Positions 24,402 through 32,000 of a stretch of 32,000 bases of DNA are shown in pieces. The translations under genes were made by a program, and so were the position numbers. The DNA is from Delftia acidovorans NBRC 14950. GTDB lineage: Bacteria > Pseudomonadota > Gammaproteobacteria > Burkholderiales > Burkholderiaceae_C. Under the pieces are notes generated by a model that was not told the DNA's origin, ran no database searches, and was given only the letters and a program-made list of their open reading frames with translations. The DNA is taken from the NCBI RefSeq assembly GCF_001598795.1, contig NZ_BCZP01000006.1, forward strand, positions 120,001 to 152,000. The letters are read 5' to 3'. Numbering within the stretch: position 1 is the stretch's first letter; each line of letters opens with the position of its first letter.

Positions 24402-25649
24402 ATGCAACGCAGCGACTCCCCCGACTGGCTCAACCCCTTGATCGGCGCCATGCAGCAGGCCCAGGTCGGCCTGCTGCAGCTGCTGCACGGCCTGGGCCTG
24501 GCCGGCACGGTGGATGGGCAGCCCGCCTGGCCCTGGGCCCTGCGCCTGTCCGGCGAAAACCTGGTGATCGACCTGGGCCAGGCCCGGGGCCTGCTGTGGT
24601 CGCTGGCGGCCGTGGCCACCGCCATCGTTTTGCTGTTGCTGGCCCTGGTGCTGGTCCTGGTTCTGCGCCGCATCCGCCTGCCGGCCCTGGTGCTGACCGC
24701 GCTGGCCGCGCTCGCCCTGCTGCTGGCCCCCTGGCCGCGTGCCGACCTGATCCTGGTGCCCGCGCATGCCACCAGCTTCCATGCCTCGCCCACGGGCTTC
24801 AGCGTGGAGAGCATTGCGCGCGGCGGCGCCGTCTATGCCCAGCACTGCACGGCCTGCCACGGTGCCGATGGCCGGGGCCACGGCCCGCTGGCCGCCAGCC
24901 AGCCGGTCTGGCCCCCCAACTTCACCAGCCCGCTGCTGTGGCGCCGCGCCGATGGGGAATTGCTCTGGGCCATTCTTCATGACCGCCGCCCCGTGGAGTC
25001 TGACGACGGCGCACGGGCACACGGCCAAGCCGACCGGCTGTCCAGCGACGACGCCTGGGCCCTGATCGACTTCATGAAGGCCCGCGCCGCAGGCCAGATG
25101 CTGCAGATCGCCGGCAACTGGCCCTATCCCGTGGGCCTTCCCGACATGGCCGTGCAGTGCGCAGGCCAGCCCGCACGCCGCCTGAGCACCTGGCAAAGCC
25201 GCCAGCAGCGGCTGAGGGTGGTGGCAGGCAGCGGCCCGGTGCAGGAAGACCCGCGCCTGGTCAGCCTGCAGCTGTCGCCCGATGGCGGCAACCGCGCCGC
25301 CAGCGCCCTGGACTGCACCGTCAACGACCCGCGCGCCTGGCAGGCCATGGCGCTGCTCAGCGGCTCGGAGCAGCTGCAGGGCATGCAATGGCTGGGCGAC
25401 CGCAGCGGCTGGCTGCGCGCGCTATCGCGTCCGGGCGCCCAGGGCTGGTCGGAGGACGACCTGGTCTGCCGCACGGACACGCCCGCGAGGACGACGGTCG
25501 AGGCGACGACGGCCGCTGCGGCAACCGCCGGCCCGTCCGATGGCCCGTCCGATGGCTCACCCGACGGCTCATCCGACGGCCTCGGGGCCCTGATCGCTCG
25601 CATGGATGCCGAACCCGTGCGGTTCATCAAGGGTGGGTTTGTGCACTGA
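24402..25649 (+). CDS. Membrane-anchored mono-haem c-type cytochrome with an uncharacterised C-terminal domain.
   Basis: Two hydrophobic helices lie at about aa 65-110. A single haem-binding CXXCH motif (YAQHCTACHGADGRGHG) is present. About 190 aa of C-terminal region have no motif I recognise. It starts 12 nt after the ATPase stop. Confidence 0.75.
   Translation: MQRSDSPDWLNPLIGAMQQAQVGLLQLLHGLGLAGTVDGQPAWPWALRLSGENLVIDLGQARGLLWSLAAVATAIVLLLLALVLVLVLRRIRLPALVLTALAALALLLAPWPRADLILVPAHATSFHASPTGFSVESIARGGAVYAQHCTACHGADGRGHGPLAASQPVWPPNFTSPLLWRRADGELLWAILHDRRPVESDDGARAHGQADRLSSDDAWALIDFMKARAAGQMLQIAGNWPYPVGLPDMAVQCAGQPARRLSTWQSRQQRLRVVAGSGPVQEDPRLVSLQLSPDGGNRAASALDCTVNDPRAWQAMALLSGSEQLQGMQWLGDRSGWLRALSRPGAQGWSEDDLVCRTDTPARTTVEATTAAAATAGPSDGPSDGSPDGSSDGLGALIARMDAEPVRFIKGGFVH
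25530..25580 (+). repeat. Imperfect 12-nt tandem repeat x4 encoding GPSD-GPSD-GSPD-GSSD-G inside the cytochrome gene.
   Basis: Read directly from the sequence: ggcccgtccgat ggcccgtccgat ggctcacccgac ggctcatccgac ggc, in frame. Confidence 0.85.
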
Positions 25650-25653
25650 GGGA

Positions 25654-27375
25654 TCAGCCATCCGCCGCCATCAGGCTGGCATAGGCGCCCTGGCGCGCGA
25701 GCAACTCCCGGTGGGTGCCCTGCTCCACGATGCGGCCGCCCTCCAGCAGGACCACGCGGTCGGCGCGGGCCAGCATGGCGGGCCGGTGGGCGATGAGCAG
25801 CACGGTACGGTGCTCGCGCAAGGCGTCAAGCGCACGCAGCAGGGCTTGCTCGCTTTCGCTGTCGAGATGTGAGGAAGCCTCGTCCAGCACCAGCACGGGG
25901 GCACCGGTCAGCAGCGCGCGCGCCAGGGCGATGCGCTGGCGCTGGCCACCCGACAGGCGCATTCCTTGTTCGCCACAGCGCGTGGCATGGCCTTGCGGCA
26001 GCCCGCTGATGAAGCCATGGGCCTGCGCCAGCATGGCGGCCTGCTGTACCTCGTCATCGCCGGCGTCAGGCCGGCCCAGGCGGATGTTGTCGGCGATGGA
26101 GATGTCGAACAAATGCACCTCCTGGCGGACCACGGCAAGTTGCTGCCGCAGCACGGCCAGCGGCAATTCACGGATGTCCATGCCGCCCATGCGCAGGCTG
26201 CCGGCGTCGGGCTCGCCCAGGCGTTGCAACAGCTGCACGCAGCTGCTTTTTCCGGCGCCGGACGCGCCGGCCAGGGCCACCATTTCGCCAGGCCGCAGGG
26301 ACAGGTCCAGTCCGCGCAGCACGGGTACGCCGCCACGCTGCCAATGCACACCGCAGAAGTCCAGCGACGCCGTGGCCGGCGCCTCACGGGTTCCGCTGTC
26401 CGCAATGCGCCGGGGCTGGCGCAGCAGTTGCACGATGCGGTCGGCACCAGCCTTCACATCGCCCAGCCTGCGCGCGGCCTGCGCCACTTCGGCCAGCGGC
26501 GCCAGCGCCATGCCGGCCAGCACCACCACGGCCGGCAGCCAAGCGGCATCGATATGCCCCTGGTCCAGCAGCCAGGCGGCCACGGCAGCCATGGCCAGGG
26601 CCGACACGGCCGGCAGCGGGTCCGCGGTGGCCAGTTGGCCCGCAGCAAGCGACGCATGCCTGCGCACCTGCGGGGACAGCGCCGCAGCCTTGGCACGCAT
26701 GCGTGCCAGCCAGTGCGGCCCGGCCTCCAGCAGCGCCAGTTCACGCAGCCCGCGCAGGCCTTCCACCACATCGGCATTGAGTTCGCCCTGGGCCGCTGCC
26801 AGCGCCCTGGCCTGCCGCTGCGCCTTGCCGGCCAGCCACCAGGACACCAGCACCGGCAAGGCAACAAAGGGCAGCCAGGCCAGGGCGAGCAGCGGATGCA
26901 GCCGGGCCAGCAGGCCCAGCGCCGCCAGCGGCACGCACAGGGCGCCGGACAGCTCGCCCAGCATGTGGGCGTAGAAGTGCTCCATCAGCTCGGCGTCGGC
27001 CGTGGCGGTGGCGGCGATGTCGCCGCTGCGCTGCGGGCCGGCCGCATTGCCTGCGCCCCGCTCCAGCCCGTCGTAGATGCCCAGCTGCAGTGTTTCTATC
27101 AACGCAAACGCCAGCGCATGGGAGGCATGGGTCTGCCACCATTGGCTGAGCGCGGCCACCAGCGCCGTCAAGGCCAATGCACCAAGTGCCGGTTGCAGCG
27201 CAGTCCACGGCGCGCCCATGGCGGCCTGTCCGGCAATCCAGGCAACCAGCACCCAGGCGCCGACCACGGTAGCCTGCGCCAGCGCGGCGGCCAGCAACGC
27301 CGCTGCCAGCAGGCGCTTGTGCGACGCCACCGGCGCCAGCAGGCCGGCCCAGCTGCTGGGTTCATCGCGGATCAT
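25654..27375 (-). CDS. ABC half-transporter (TMD-NBD fusion), CydC-like subunit.
   Basis: 573 aa. It has an N-terminal six-helix type-I exporter domain. Walker A GASGAGKSS, signature LSGGQRQRIALARAL, Walker B VLVLDEASSHLD. Its ATG overlaps the upstream gene stop (ATGA at 27372-27375). Confidence 0.8.
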   Translation of the reverse strand: MIRDEPSSWAGLLAPVASHKRLLAAALLAAALAQATVVGAWVLVAWIAGQAAMGAPWTALQPALGALALTALVAALSQWWQTHASHALAFALIETLQLGIYDGLERGAGNAAGPQRSGDIAATATADAELMEHFYAHMLGELSGALCVPLAALGLLARLHPLLALAWLPFVALPVLVSWWLAGKAQRQARALAAAQGELNADVVEGLRGLRELALLEAGPHWLARMRAKAAALSPQVRRHASLAAGQLATADPLPAVSALAMAAVAAWLLDQGHIDAAWLPAVVVLAGMALAPLAEVAQAARRLGDVKAGADRIVQLLRQPRRIADSGTREAPATASLDFCGVHWQRGGVPVLRGLDLSLRPGEMVALAGASGAGKSSCVQLLQRLGEPDAGSLRMGGMDIRELPLAVLRQQLAVVRQEVHLFDISIADNIRLGRPDAGDDEVQQAAMLAQAHGFISGLPQGHATRCGEQGMRLSGGQRQRIALARALLTGAPVLVLDEASSHLDSESEQALLRALDALREHRTVLLIAHRPAMLARADRVVLLEGGRIVEQGTHRELLARQGAYASLMAADG

Positions 27376-29114
27376 GCGGCCTCCTCCGTCATCCTGTTGG
27401 CCTGCGACGCCGCCCAGAGCCGTGCATAGCGGCCGCCGCGGCGCAGCAGATCATCGTGCGTGCCCTGTTCGGCCACCCGGCCGTTTTCCAATACCACGAT
27501 GCGGTCCGCCTCGCGCGCCGTCTCCAGGCGTTGCGCGGCCATGACGAGAGTGCGGCGGCCCCGCAATGGCCGCAACACCTGCAGCAAGGCCTGCTCCGTG
27601 CGTGGATCTGCGCTGGATGTGGGCTCGTCCAGCAGCAGCACGGGCGTACGCCTGAGCAAGGCACGCGCCAGGGCCAGCCGCTGGCGCTGCCCGCCCGACA
27701 GGTGCGCGCCGAATTCGCCCACCTCGGTCTGCAGGCCTCGGGGCAGGCTGTCCACCAGATCGGCCAGTTGCACATCACGCAGGACAGCCTCGATGTCGCG
27801 GAGGCAGGCCTGGGGGCTGGCCATGCGCAGGTTGTCCTCCAGGCTGCCGCTGAACAGCAGTGTGTCCTGGGCGACCAGGGCGACCCTGGAGCGCAACTGC
27901 GCCAGGCTCAGCTCCCGCAGGTCCCGGCCGCCCAGGCAGACCATGCCGCGCCGGGGATCGGCGGCACGCCACAGCAGCGACAGCAGCGTGGACTTGCCGA
28001 CGCCCGAAGGCCCCACCAGCGCCACCCATTCACCATCGGCGATATCCAGGTCCAGCCCGCGCAGCACCTCGGGCCGCCCCGGTTCCTGCCCCCGGTCATG
28101 GGAAAAGCACACCCCGCTCAGCGAGATGCGGCCGTCTGCAGGAGCAGGTCCGGGCCGCTGCGGCTCAGGCACGGGCAGCGGCGCGTGCAGCAGCGCGTCG
28201 ATGGCATGCAGGCCGTCGCGCGCGGCCCAGGCCGCATGAAAGGCTTTCTCCAGCCGCTCCAGCGGCCTGAAGGCCTCACGCGACAGCAGCAGCACGGCCA
28301 GCAGCGATGCCGCATCCAGCCGGCCCTGGCTCAGTTGCCAGCTGCCCCACCCCAGGACACTGGCCATGCCGGCCAGGCCAACGAAACGCGTCAGGCCGGT
28401 GCGCAGCAAGGTGGCGCGCAGCGTGTGCATGGACTCGGCACGCAGGCGGGCGGCCTGTTCGGCCAGACGCATGCGCCAGCGCGCCGAGGCGCCAAAGGCC
28501 CATAGCGTCTCCATGCCGCGCAGGCTGTCCAGCAGCTGCGCCCCAAAGGCAGCCAGGGCCGCCATGACGCCGCTGGCCCCTGGCATGTGCCGGCGCAGCC
28601 ACAGCCGGTCCAGCAGCGGCTGGCCCAGCACGAACACGGCCAGCAGCAGCGCGCAGCCCGCGTCCACCCAGGCCAGGGAGCCCAGCGCCAGCGCGCAGCC
28701 GAGCACGGCTCCCAGCAGGCCGGGAACGTGGCGGCTGGCATGAACCTGCACGGCATCGACAGCCGCAACCAGCGTGGCCTGCAGCTCACCCGTGGGGCGG
28801 GCCGCAGCCCAGGCCGGCCCCAGGCGCATCAACCGGGCCAGCAGGCGTTCGCGCAGCACGGCGCGCGTGCGCATGCCCACCTGCTGCGCCCACCACTCTT
28901 CCAGCCACACCAGGACGCCGCGCAGCACCAGGGCCGCCAGACCGATCGCCAGCCAGGGATGCAGCGACGCCCCCTCCATGGCCTGGGCCAGCAGTCGAGC
29001 AAGGCACAGCGCGTGCACCACCAGCATGGCCTGGGCCAGCAGCCCGCAGGCCACCGTGGCCGCCAGCTGCGCGCGCGAGCGCGACACCATCCAACGTTCC
29101 AGCGAGGTGCTCAT
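27372..29114 (-). CDS. ABC half-transporter (TMD-NBD fusion), CydD-like subunit.
   Basis: 580 aa. Walker A GPSGVGKST, signature LSGGQRQRLALARAL, Walker B VLLLDEPTSSAD. ATGA overlap with the upstream ATPase stop at 29111-29114. Confidence 0.8.
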   Translation of the reverse strand: MSTSLERWMVSRSRAQLAATVACGLLAQAMLVVHALCLARLLAQAMEGASLHPWLAIGLAALVLRGVLVWLEEWWAQQVGMRTRAVLRERLLARLMRLGPAWAAARPTGELQATLVAAVDAVQVHASRHVPGLLGAVLGCALALGSLAWVDAGCALLLAVFVLGQPLLDRLWLRRHMPGASGVMAALAAFGAQLLDSLRGMETLWAFGASARWRMRLAEQAARLRAESMHTLRATLLRTGLTRFVGLAGMASVLGWGSWQLSQGRLDAASLLAVLLLSREAFRPLERLEKAFHAAWAARDGLHAIDALLHAPLPVPEPQRPGPAPADGRISLSGVCFSHDRGQEPGRPEVLRGLDLDIADGEWVALVGPSGVGKSTLLSLLWRAADPRRGMVCLGGRDLRELSLAQLRSRVALVAQDTLLFSGSLEDNLRMASPQACLRDIEAVLRDVQLADLVDSLPRGLQTEVGEFGAHLSGGQRQRLALARALLRRTPVLLLDEPTSSADPRTEQALLQVLRPLRGRRTLVMAAQRLETAREADRIVVLENGRVAEQGTHDDLLRRGGRYARLWAASQANRMTEEAA

Positions 29115-29938
29115 GACGGCTCCTGCCCACGGCCGCCCAGCGCGTGCCTCACGGCGACCAGACGCCGGCCGTTGACCGTTTCCACGACAGCCTGCACGCG
29201 GTAGACCTCGTGCAGCAGGGCGCTGTCCACCACCTCGACAGGGCTGCCGGCACGCACCACGCGGCCCTGGTCCAGCACCATGATCCGGTCTGCCCAGCCC
29301 ATGGCCAGGTTGATGTCGTGCAGCACGGCCAGCACCACCAGTTGCCGCTCGTGTGCGATCTCGGTCACCACGTCCAGCACGCGGTGCTGGTGGTAGAGGT
29401 CCAGGGCGCTGGTCGGCTCGTCGAGCAGCAGCAGGCGCGGACGGCGCACCAGGGCCTGGGCCAGACCCACCATCTGGCGCTGGCCACCCGACAGCGCAGC
29501 CAGCGGCCGGTCGGCCAGGGCCGTCAGCTCCAGGCGCTGCAGCACCTGCTCCACGGCGGTCTCGGCCTCATGCGTGCCGGCCAACGGCCAGCCACGGGCC
29601 GCCTGTGCGGGCTCGCCGGCCATGGCCGCGCTGAGCACGGACTCGAACACCGCCAGTCGCGAGCGCTCGGGCAGGCTTTGGGGTACATAGACTACCTGGC
29701 GCGCGCGTTGCACCGGCGGCTGGGAAGACAGCAGCGCCGTGCCCAGGCGCACCTCGCCACGCATGCGTTGCAAGCCTGCAATGCCGCGCAGCAGCGTGGA
29801 TTTGCCTGCGCCATTGGGCCCCACCAGCGCATTGACCGAACCCGCAGCCAAGGGCCCCAGAGTGGCACCGCGCAGCACGGGTGCTGCGCCATAGCCCATG
29901 TGCACATCGCTGACATGCAGCGCGTTGCGGAATGGCAT
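29111..29938 (-). CDS. FecE/FhuC/HmuV-type ABC importer ATP-binding protein (iron-siderophore / haem / B12 class).
   Basis: Walker A GPNGAGKST, signature LSGGQRQMVGLAQAL, Walker B LLLLDEPTSALD, H-loop VLHD. The start is set at the ATG at 29938 (MPFRNALHV) inside a longer spurious ORF. Confidence 0.85.
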   Translation of the reverse strand: MPFRNALHVSDVHMGYGAAPVLRGATLGPLAAGSVNALVGPNGAGKSTLLRGIAGLQRMRGEVRLGTALLSSQPPVQRARQVVYVPQSLPERSRLAVFESVLSAAMAGEPAQAARGWPLAGTHEAETAVEQVLQRLELTALADRPLAALSGGQRQMVGLAQALVRRPRLLLLDEPTSALDLYHQHRVLDVVTEIAHERQLVVLAVLHDINLAMGWADRIMVLDQGRVVRAGSPVEVVDSALLHEVYRVQAVVETVNGRRLVAVRHALGGRGQEPS

Positions 29939-29940
29939 GC

Positions 29941-31032
29941 TCAGCGCTCCTGCCGGCCCGTGCGGGCAACGATGGCCATGAAAAAGGGAATGCCCACCAG
30001 CGAGGTCACGATGCCCACGGGCACCAGCACGCCCTCGATCAGCGTCTTGCTGGCCACCGAGGCCATGGACAGGATCAGTGCCCCCGCCAGCGCCGAGGCC
30101 GGCAGCAGCACGCGGTGATCGTCGCCCACCAGCATGCGCGCGATGTGCGGTGCGATCAGCCCCACGAATCCTATGGTGCCCACGAAGGAGACGGCCACGC
30201 CCGACAGCAGGCTGATACGCAGCAGCGCCCAGCCTCTCAGCGCCGTGACCGGCACGCCCAGGCTGCGCGCGCGGTCCTCGCCCAGCGTGAGCGCGGTCAG
30301 CGACCAGCTCTGGCTCCAGGACCAGGGCAGGCACAGCGCCAGCACGGCGGCCATGACGGCAATCCGGTCCCAGGAGGCGCGTGCCAGGCTGCCCAGGGTC
30401 CAGAAGACCAGCTGCTGCAAGGTGTTCTGGTCGGCCACGAACTGCAGCAGTGCCACCAGGGCGTTGAAGCTGAACACCAGGGCGATGCCGAACAGCACCA
30501 GGCTTTGCACGCCAAATCCGCGCCACATGGCCAGCCCGTACAGCAGGCCCACCGACAGCAGCGCGAAGAGGAAGGCGTTGAGAGACACCACGTACTGCGC
30601 CGGCACGCCCGGCACGCCCAGTCCCAGCACGATGGCCAGGGCCGCGCCAAAGGCGGCGGCCGCCGACACGCCCAGCGTGAACGGGCTGGCCAGCGCATTG
30701 GCCAGCACGGTCTGCATCTCCGCGCCAGCCAGCGCCAGCGCCGCACCCACCAGCACGGCCATCAGCGCATAGGGCAGGCGCACGTTCCAGACGATGACGG
30801 CCTCCACGCGCGACACGCTGCCCGGATCTCCCAGCACCTGCCACAGCCGTGCCAGCCCCATGCCCGACGGGCCGGTGGCCACGTCCAGTGCCAGGCTGGC
30901 CAGCAGCGCCAGGGCCAGCAGTGCCAGCACCAGCCCGTGGCGGGCATGGCGGCGGCGGTAGCGCTGCGCGGCACCGGCCGCCGCAGCGCCCGTCTCTGCC
31001 GCCACGGCACTGGCCTCAATGGCCGCGCTCAT
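29941..31032 (-). CDS. FecCD-family ABC importer permease.
   Basis: 363 aa. Typical FecCD motifs are RLPYALMAVLVGAALALAGAEMQ, NPLASP-like ANALASPFTLGVS and GTIGFVGLIAPHIARMLVG. Confidence 0.88.
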   Translation of the reverse strand: MSAAIEASAVAAETGAAAAGAAQRYRRRHARHGLVLALLALALLASLALDVATGPSGMGLARLWQVLGDPGSVSRVEAVIVWNVRLPYALMAVLVGAALALAGAEMQTVLANALASPFTLGVSAAAAFGAALAIVLGLGVPGVPAQYVVSLNAFLFALLSVGLLYGLAMWRGFGVQSLVLFGIALVFSFNALVALLQFVADQNTLQQLVFWTLGSLARASWDRIAVMAAVLALCLPWSWSQSWSLTALTLGEDRARSLGVPVTALRGWALLRISLLSGVAVSFVGTIGFVGLIAPHIARMLVGDDHRVLLPASALAGALILSMASVASKTLIEGVLVPVGIVTSLVGIPFFMAIVARTGRQER

Positions 31033-32000
31033 CGGCCGGCCCCGGAAGGCAGGTCGGTCAGCAGCACGCCGGTCATCGGAATCGGCATGAAACGCTCGTA
31101 CAGCTCACGCCGCGTGCGCAGCGGGTCGATGTCGGCAAAGAGTTCGGGATGCAGCCACTTGGCCAGCGCCTCGACGGCAATCACATGCTCCGGCGAGTCG
31201 TAGAAGATGTGCCACAGGCCGTGCACGCGCCCCTTTCGGACGGCGGACAGCTCGCGCGTTTGGGCACGCTGCGCCACCGTCGCCAGGCTGGACTGTGCCT
31301 GGGCAGGCGTGGCCTGGTAGCCCAGCGTCACGCCGCCCTGGCCACTGGCGAAGACGCCCGTGGCCACATAGACGGCAGGATCGCGCGACAGCACATATTC
31401 GAGGTTCAGCGTACCGATGGGACCGGGAATGCGACCGGCGCCGATGTTGTCGCCACCGGCCAGCTCCACCATTTCCCCGAAATTGCCCTTGCCCGGCGAG
31501 CCGCAGCAGTCGCGCAGACCGGCCAGCATGTCGATGAAGATGGCGGGCCGCTGGAATCCGTCCTTCCTGCGCGCCGCCGCGACACGCTGGCGCACGCGCT
31601 CGATGCGCTGCTCGTAGAAGGCGATGAAGTCCTCGGCGCGCTGCTGGCGGCCCAGCACCTGGCCCATCAGGCGCAGGCTGGGCGCGGTATGGGTCAGCGG
31701 ATGCTGGCTGAAATCCACAAAGACCACGGGCACGCCCGCCGCCTGCAGCTGGCGCACGGCCTCGCTGTCGGGCGCGGGCCCGTGACCGCCCGAGACGGCC
31801 ATGAAGGCCACGTCGGGACGCACGGCCAGGGCCTGTTCCACGTTGAAACTTTCGGGCGTGGCGCCGCCGACCAGCGGCAGTTTCTCCATGGCAGGAAAGG
31901 CCTTGGAGAAAGCCGCATAGCCCTGGGTATCGAGCAGGCGGAAATCCCCCTGCCAACCCGCCACGCGCTCCACCGCCTGCCGGCCTTCCAGCAGGGCCAT
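31029..32000 (-). CDS. Periplasmic binding protein of the iron-siderophore / haem / cobalamin ABC class. The 5-prime end probably lies beyond the right edge.
   Basis: 323 codons are open to the window edge. Its stop overlaps the permease ATG (ATGA at 31029-31032). The class assignment rests mainly on synteny with the FecCD and FecE genes and the alternating pattern ...RPDVAFMAVSGG...AGVPVVFVDF... The ATG at the very edge may not be the true start. Confidence 0.65.
   Translation of the reverse strand: MALLEGRQAVERVAGWQGDFRLLDTQGYAAFSKAFPAMEKLPLVGGATPESFNVEQALAVRPDVAFMAVSGGHGPAPDSEAVRQLQAAGVPVVFVDFSQHPLTHTAPSLRLMGQVLGRQQRAEDFIAFYEQRIERVRQRVAAARRKDGFQRPAIFIDMLAGLRDCCGSPGKGNFGEMVELAGGDNIGAGRIPGPIGTLNLEYVLSRDPAVYVATGVFASGQGGVTLGYQATPAQAQSSLATVAQRAQTRELSAVRKGRVHGLWHIFYDSPEHVIAVEALAKWLHPELFADIDPLRTRRELYERFMPIPMTGVLLTDLPSGAGR

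Noticed and set aside
23631-25388. 585-aa minus-strand ORF antisense to the ABC ATPase and the cytochrome gene. Similar antisense ORFs occur at 25715-26974, 25966-27429, 27456-28505, 29144-30118 and 29932-31203.
   Set aside because: These are high-GC shadow ORFs opposite genes that carry canonical Walker, signature, CXXCH and FecCD motifs.
1-32000. Search for CRISPR arrays, IS elements, integrases, tRNA/rRNA genes, toxin-antitoxin pairs and known defence-system genes.
   Set aside because: I found no repeat-spacer periodicity, no long terminal inverted repeats and no transposase, integrase or recombinase-like ORFs. No cloverleaf-like segments turned up in the few non-coding gaps. Apart from the O-antigen island, the window appears to be ordinary metabolic and transport chromosome.

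Overview
This window looks like a high-GC chromosome, roughly 65-70% GC by eye, with proteins typical of a betaproteobacterium (Comamonadaceae style). That taxonomic call is inference only.

Left end, 1-8.5 kb: GC is much lower here, about 40-45% for 1-6700 and about 55-60% for 6700-8550. This stretch is an ABC-transporter-dependent O-polysaccharide locus on the minus strand. Its order is DUF2304, manC, wzm, wzt, wbdD, then a large two-module WbdA-like glycosyltransferase that runs off the left edge and is missing from the ORF track. This matches the E. coli O9a / Klebsiella O3 polymannose architecture, and the genes are almost all translationally coupled.

Remaining high-GC content, left to right:
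- An NAD salvage cluster on the plus strand: nicotinamidase-like, pncB, nadE, nadM-Nudix.
- A GNAT acetyltransferase.
- A CysB/Cbl-family regulator and a VOC protein.
- A five-gene minus-strand operon: MetY-like PLP enzyme, 2OG-Fe(II) oxygenase, metQ, metN, metI. Its soluble proteins are strikingly depleted in Cys and Met, the signature of sulfur-starvation proteins.
- A divergent plus-strand operon: Tat-signal NitT/TauT-type binding protein, an N-terminally extended permease, an ATPase and a membrane-anchored c-type cytochrome.
- A five-gene translationally coupled minus-strand operon that joins a FecB/C/E-type importer to a CydD/CydC-like pair of half-transporters.

I found no rRNA, tRNA, CRISPR array, transposase, integrase or recognisable defence gene. 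The many 200-800 aa ORFs antisense to these genes are high-GC artefacts.

The best candidates for undescribed biology are three: the sulfur-depleted enzyme/transporter operon, the divergent ABC-plus-cytochrome-c operon, and the importer/CydDC-like hybrid operon. None of them is a proven novel system.
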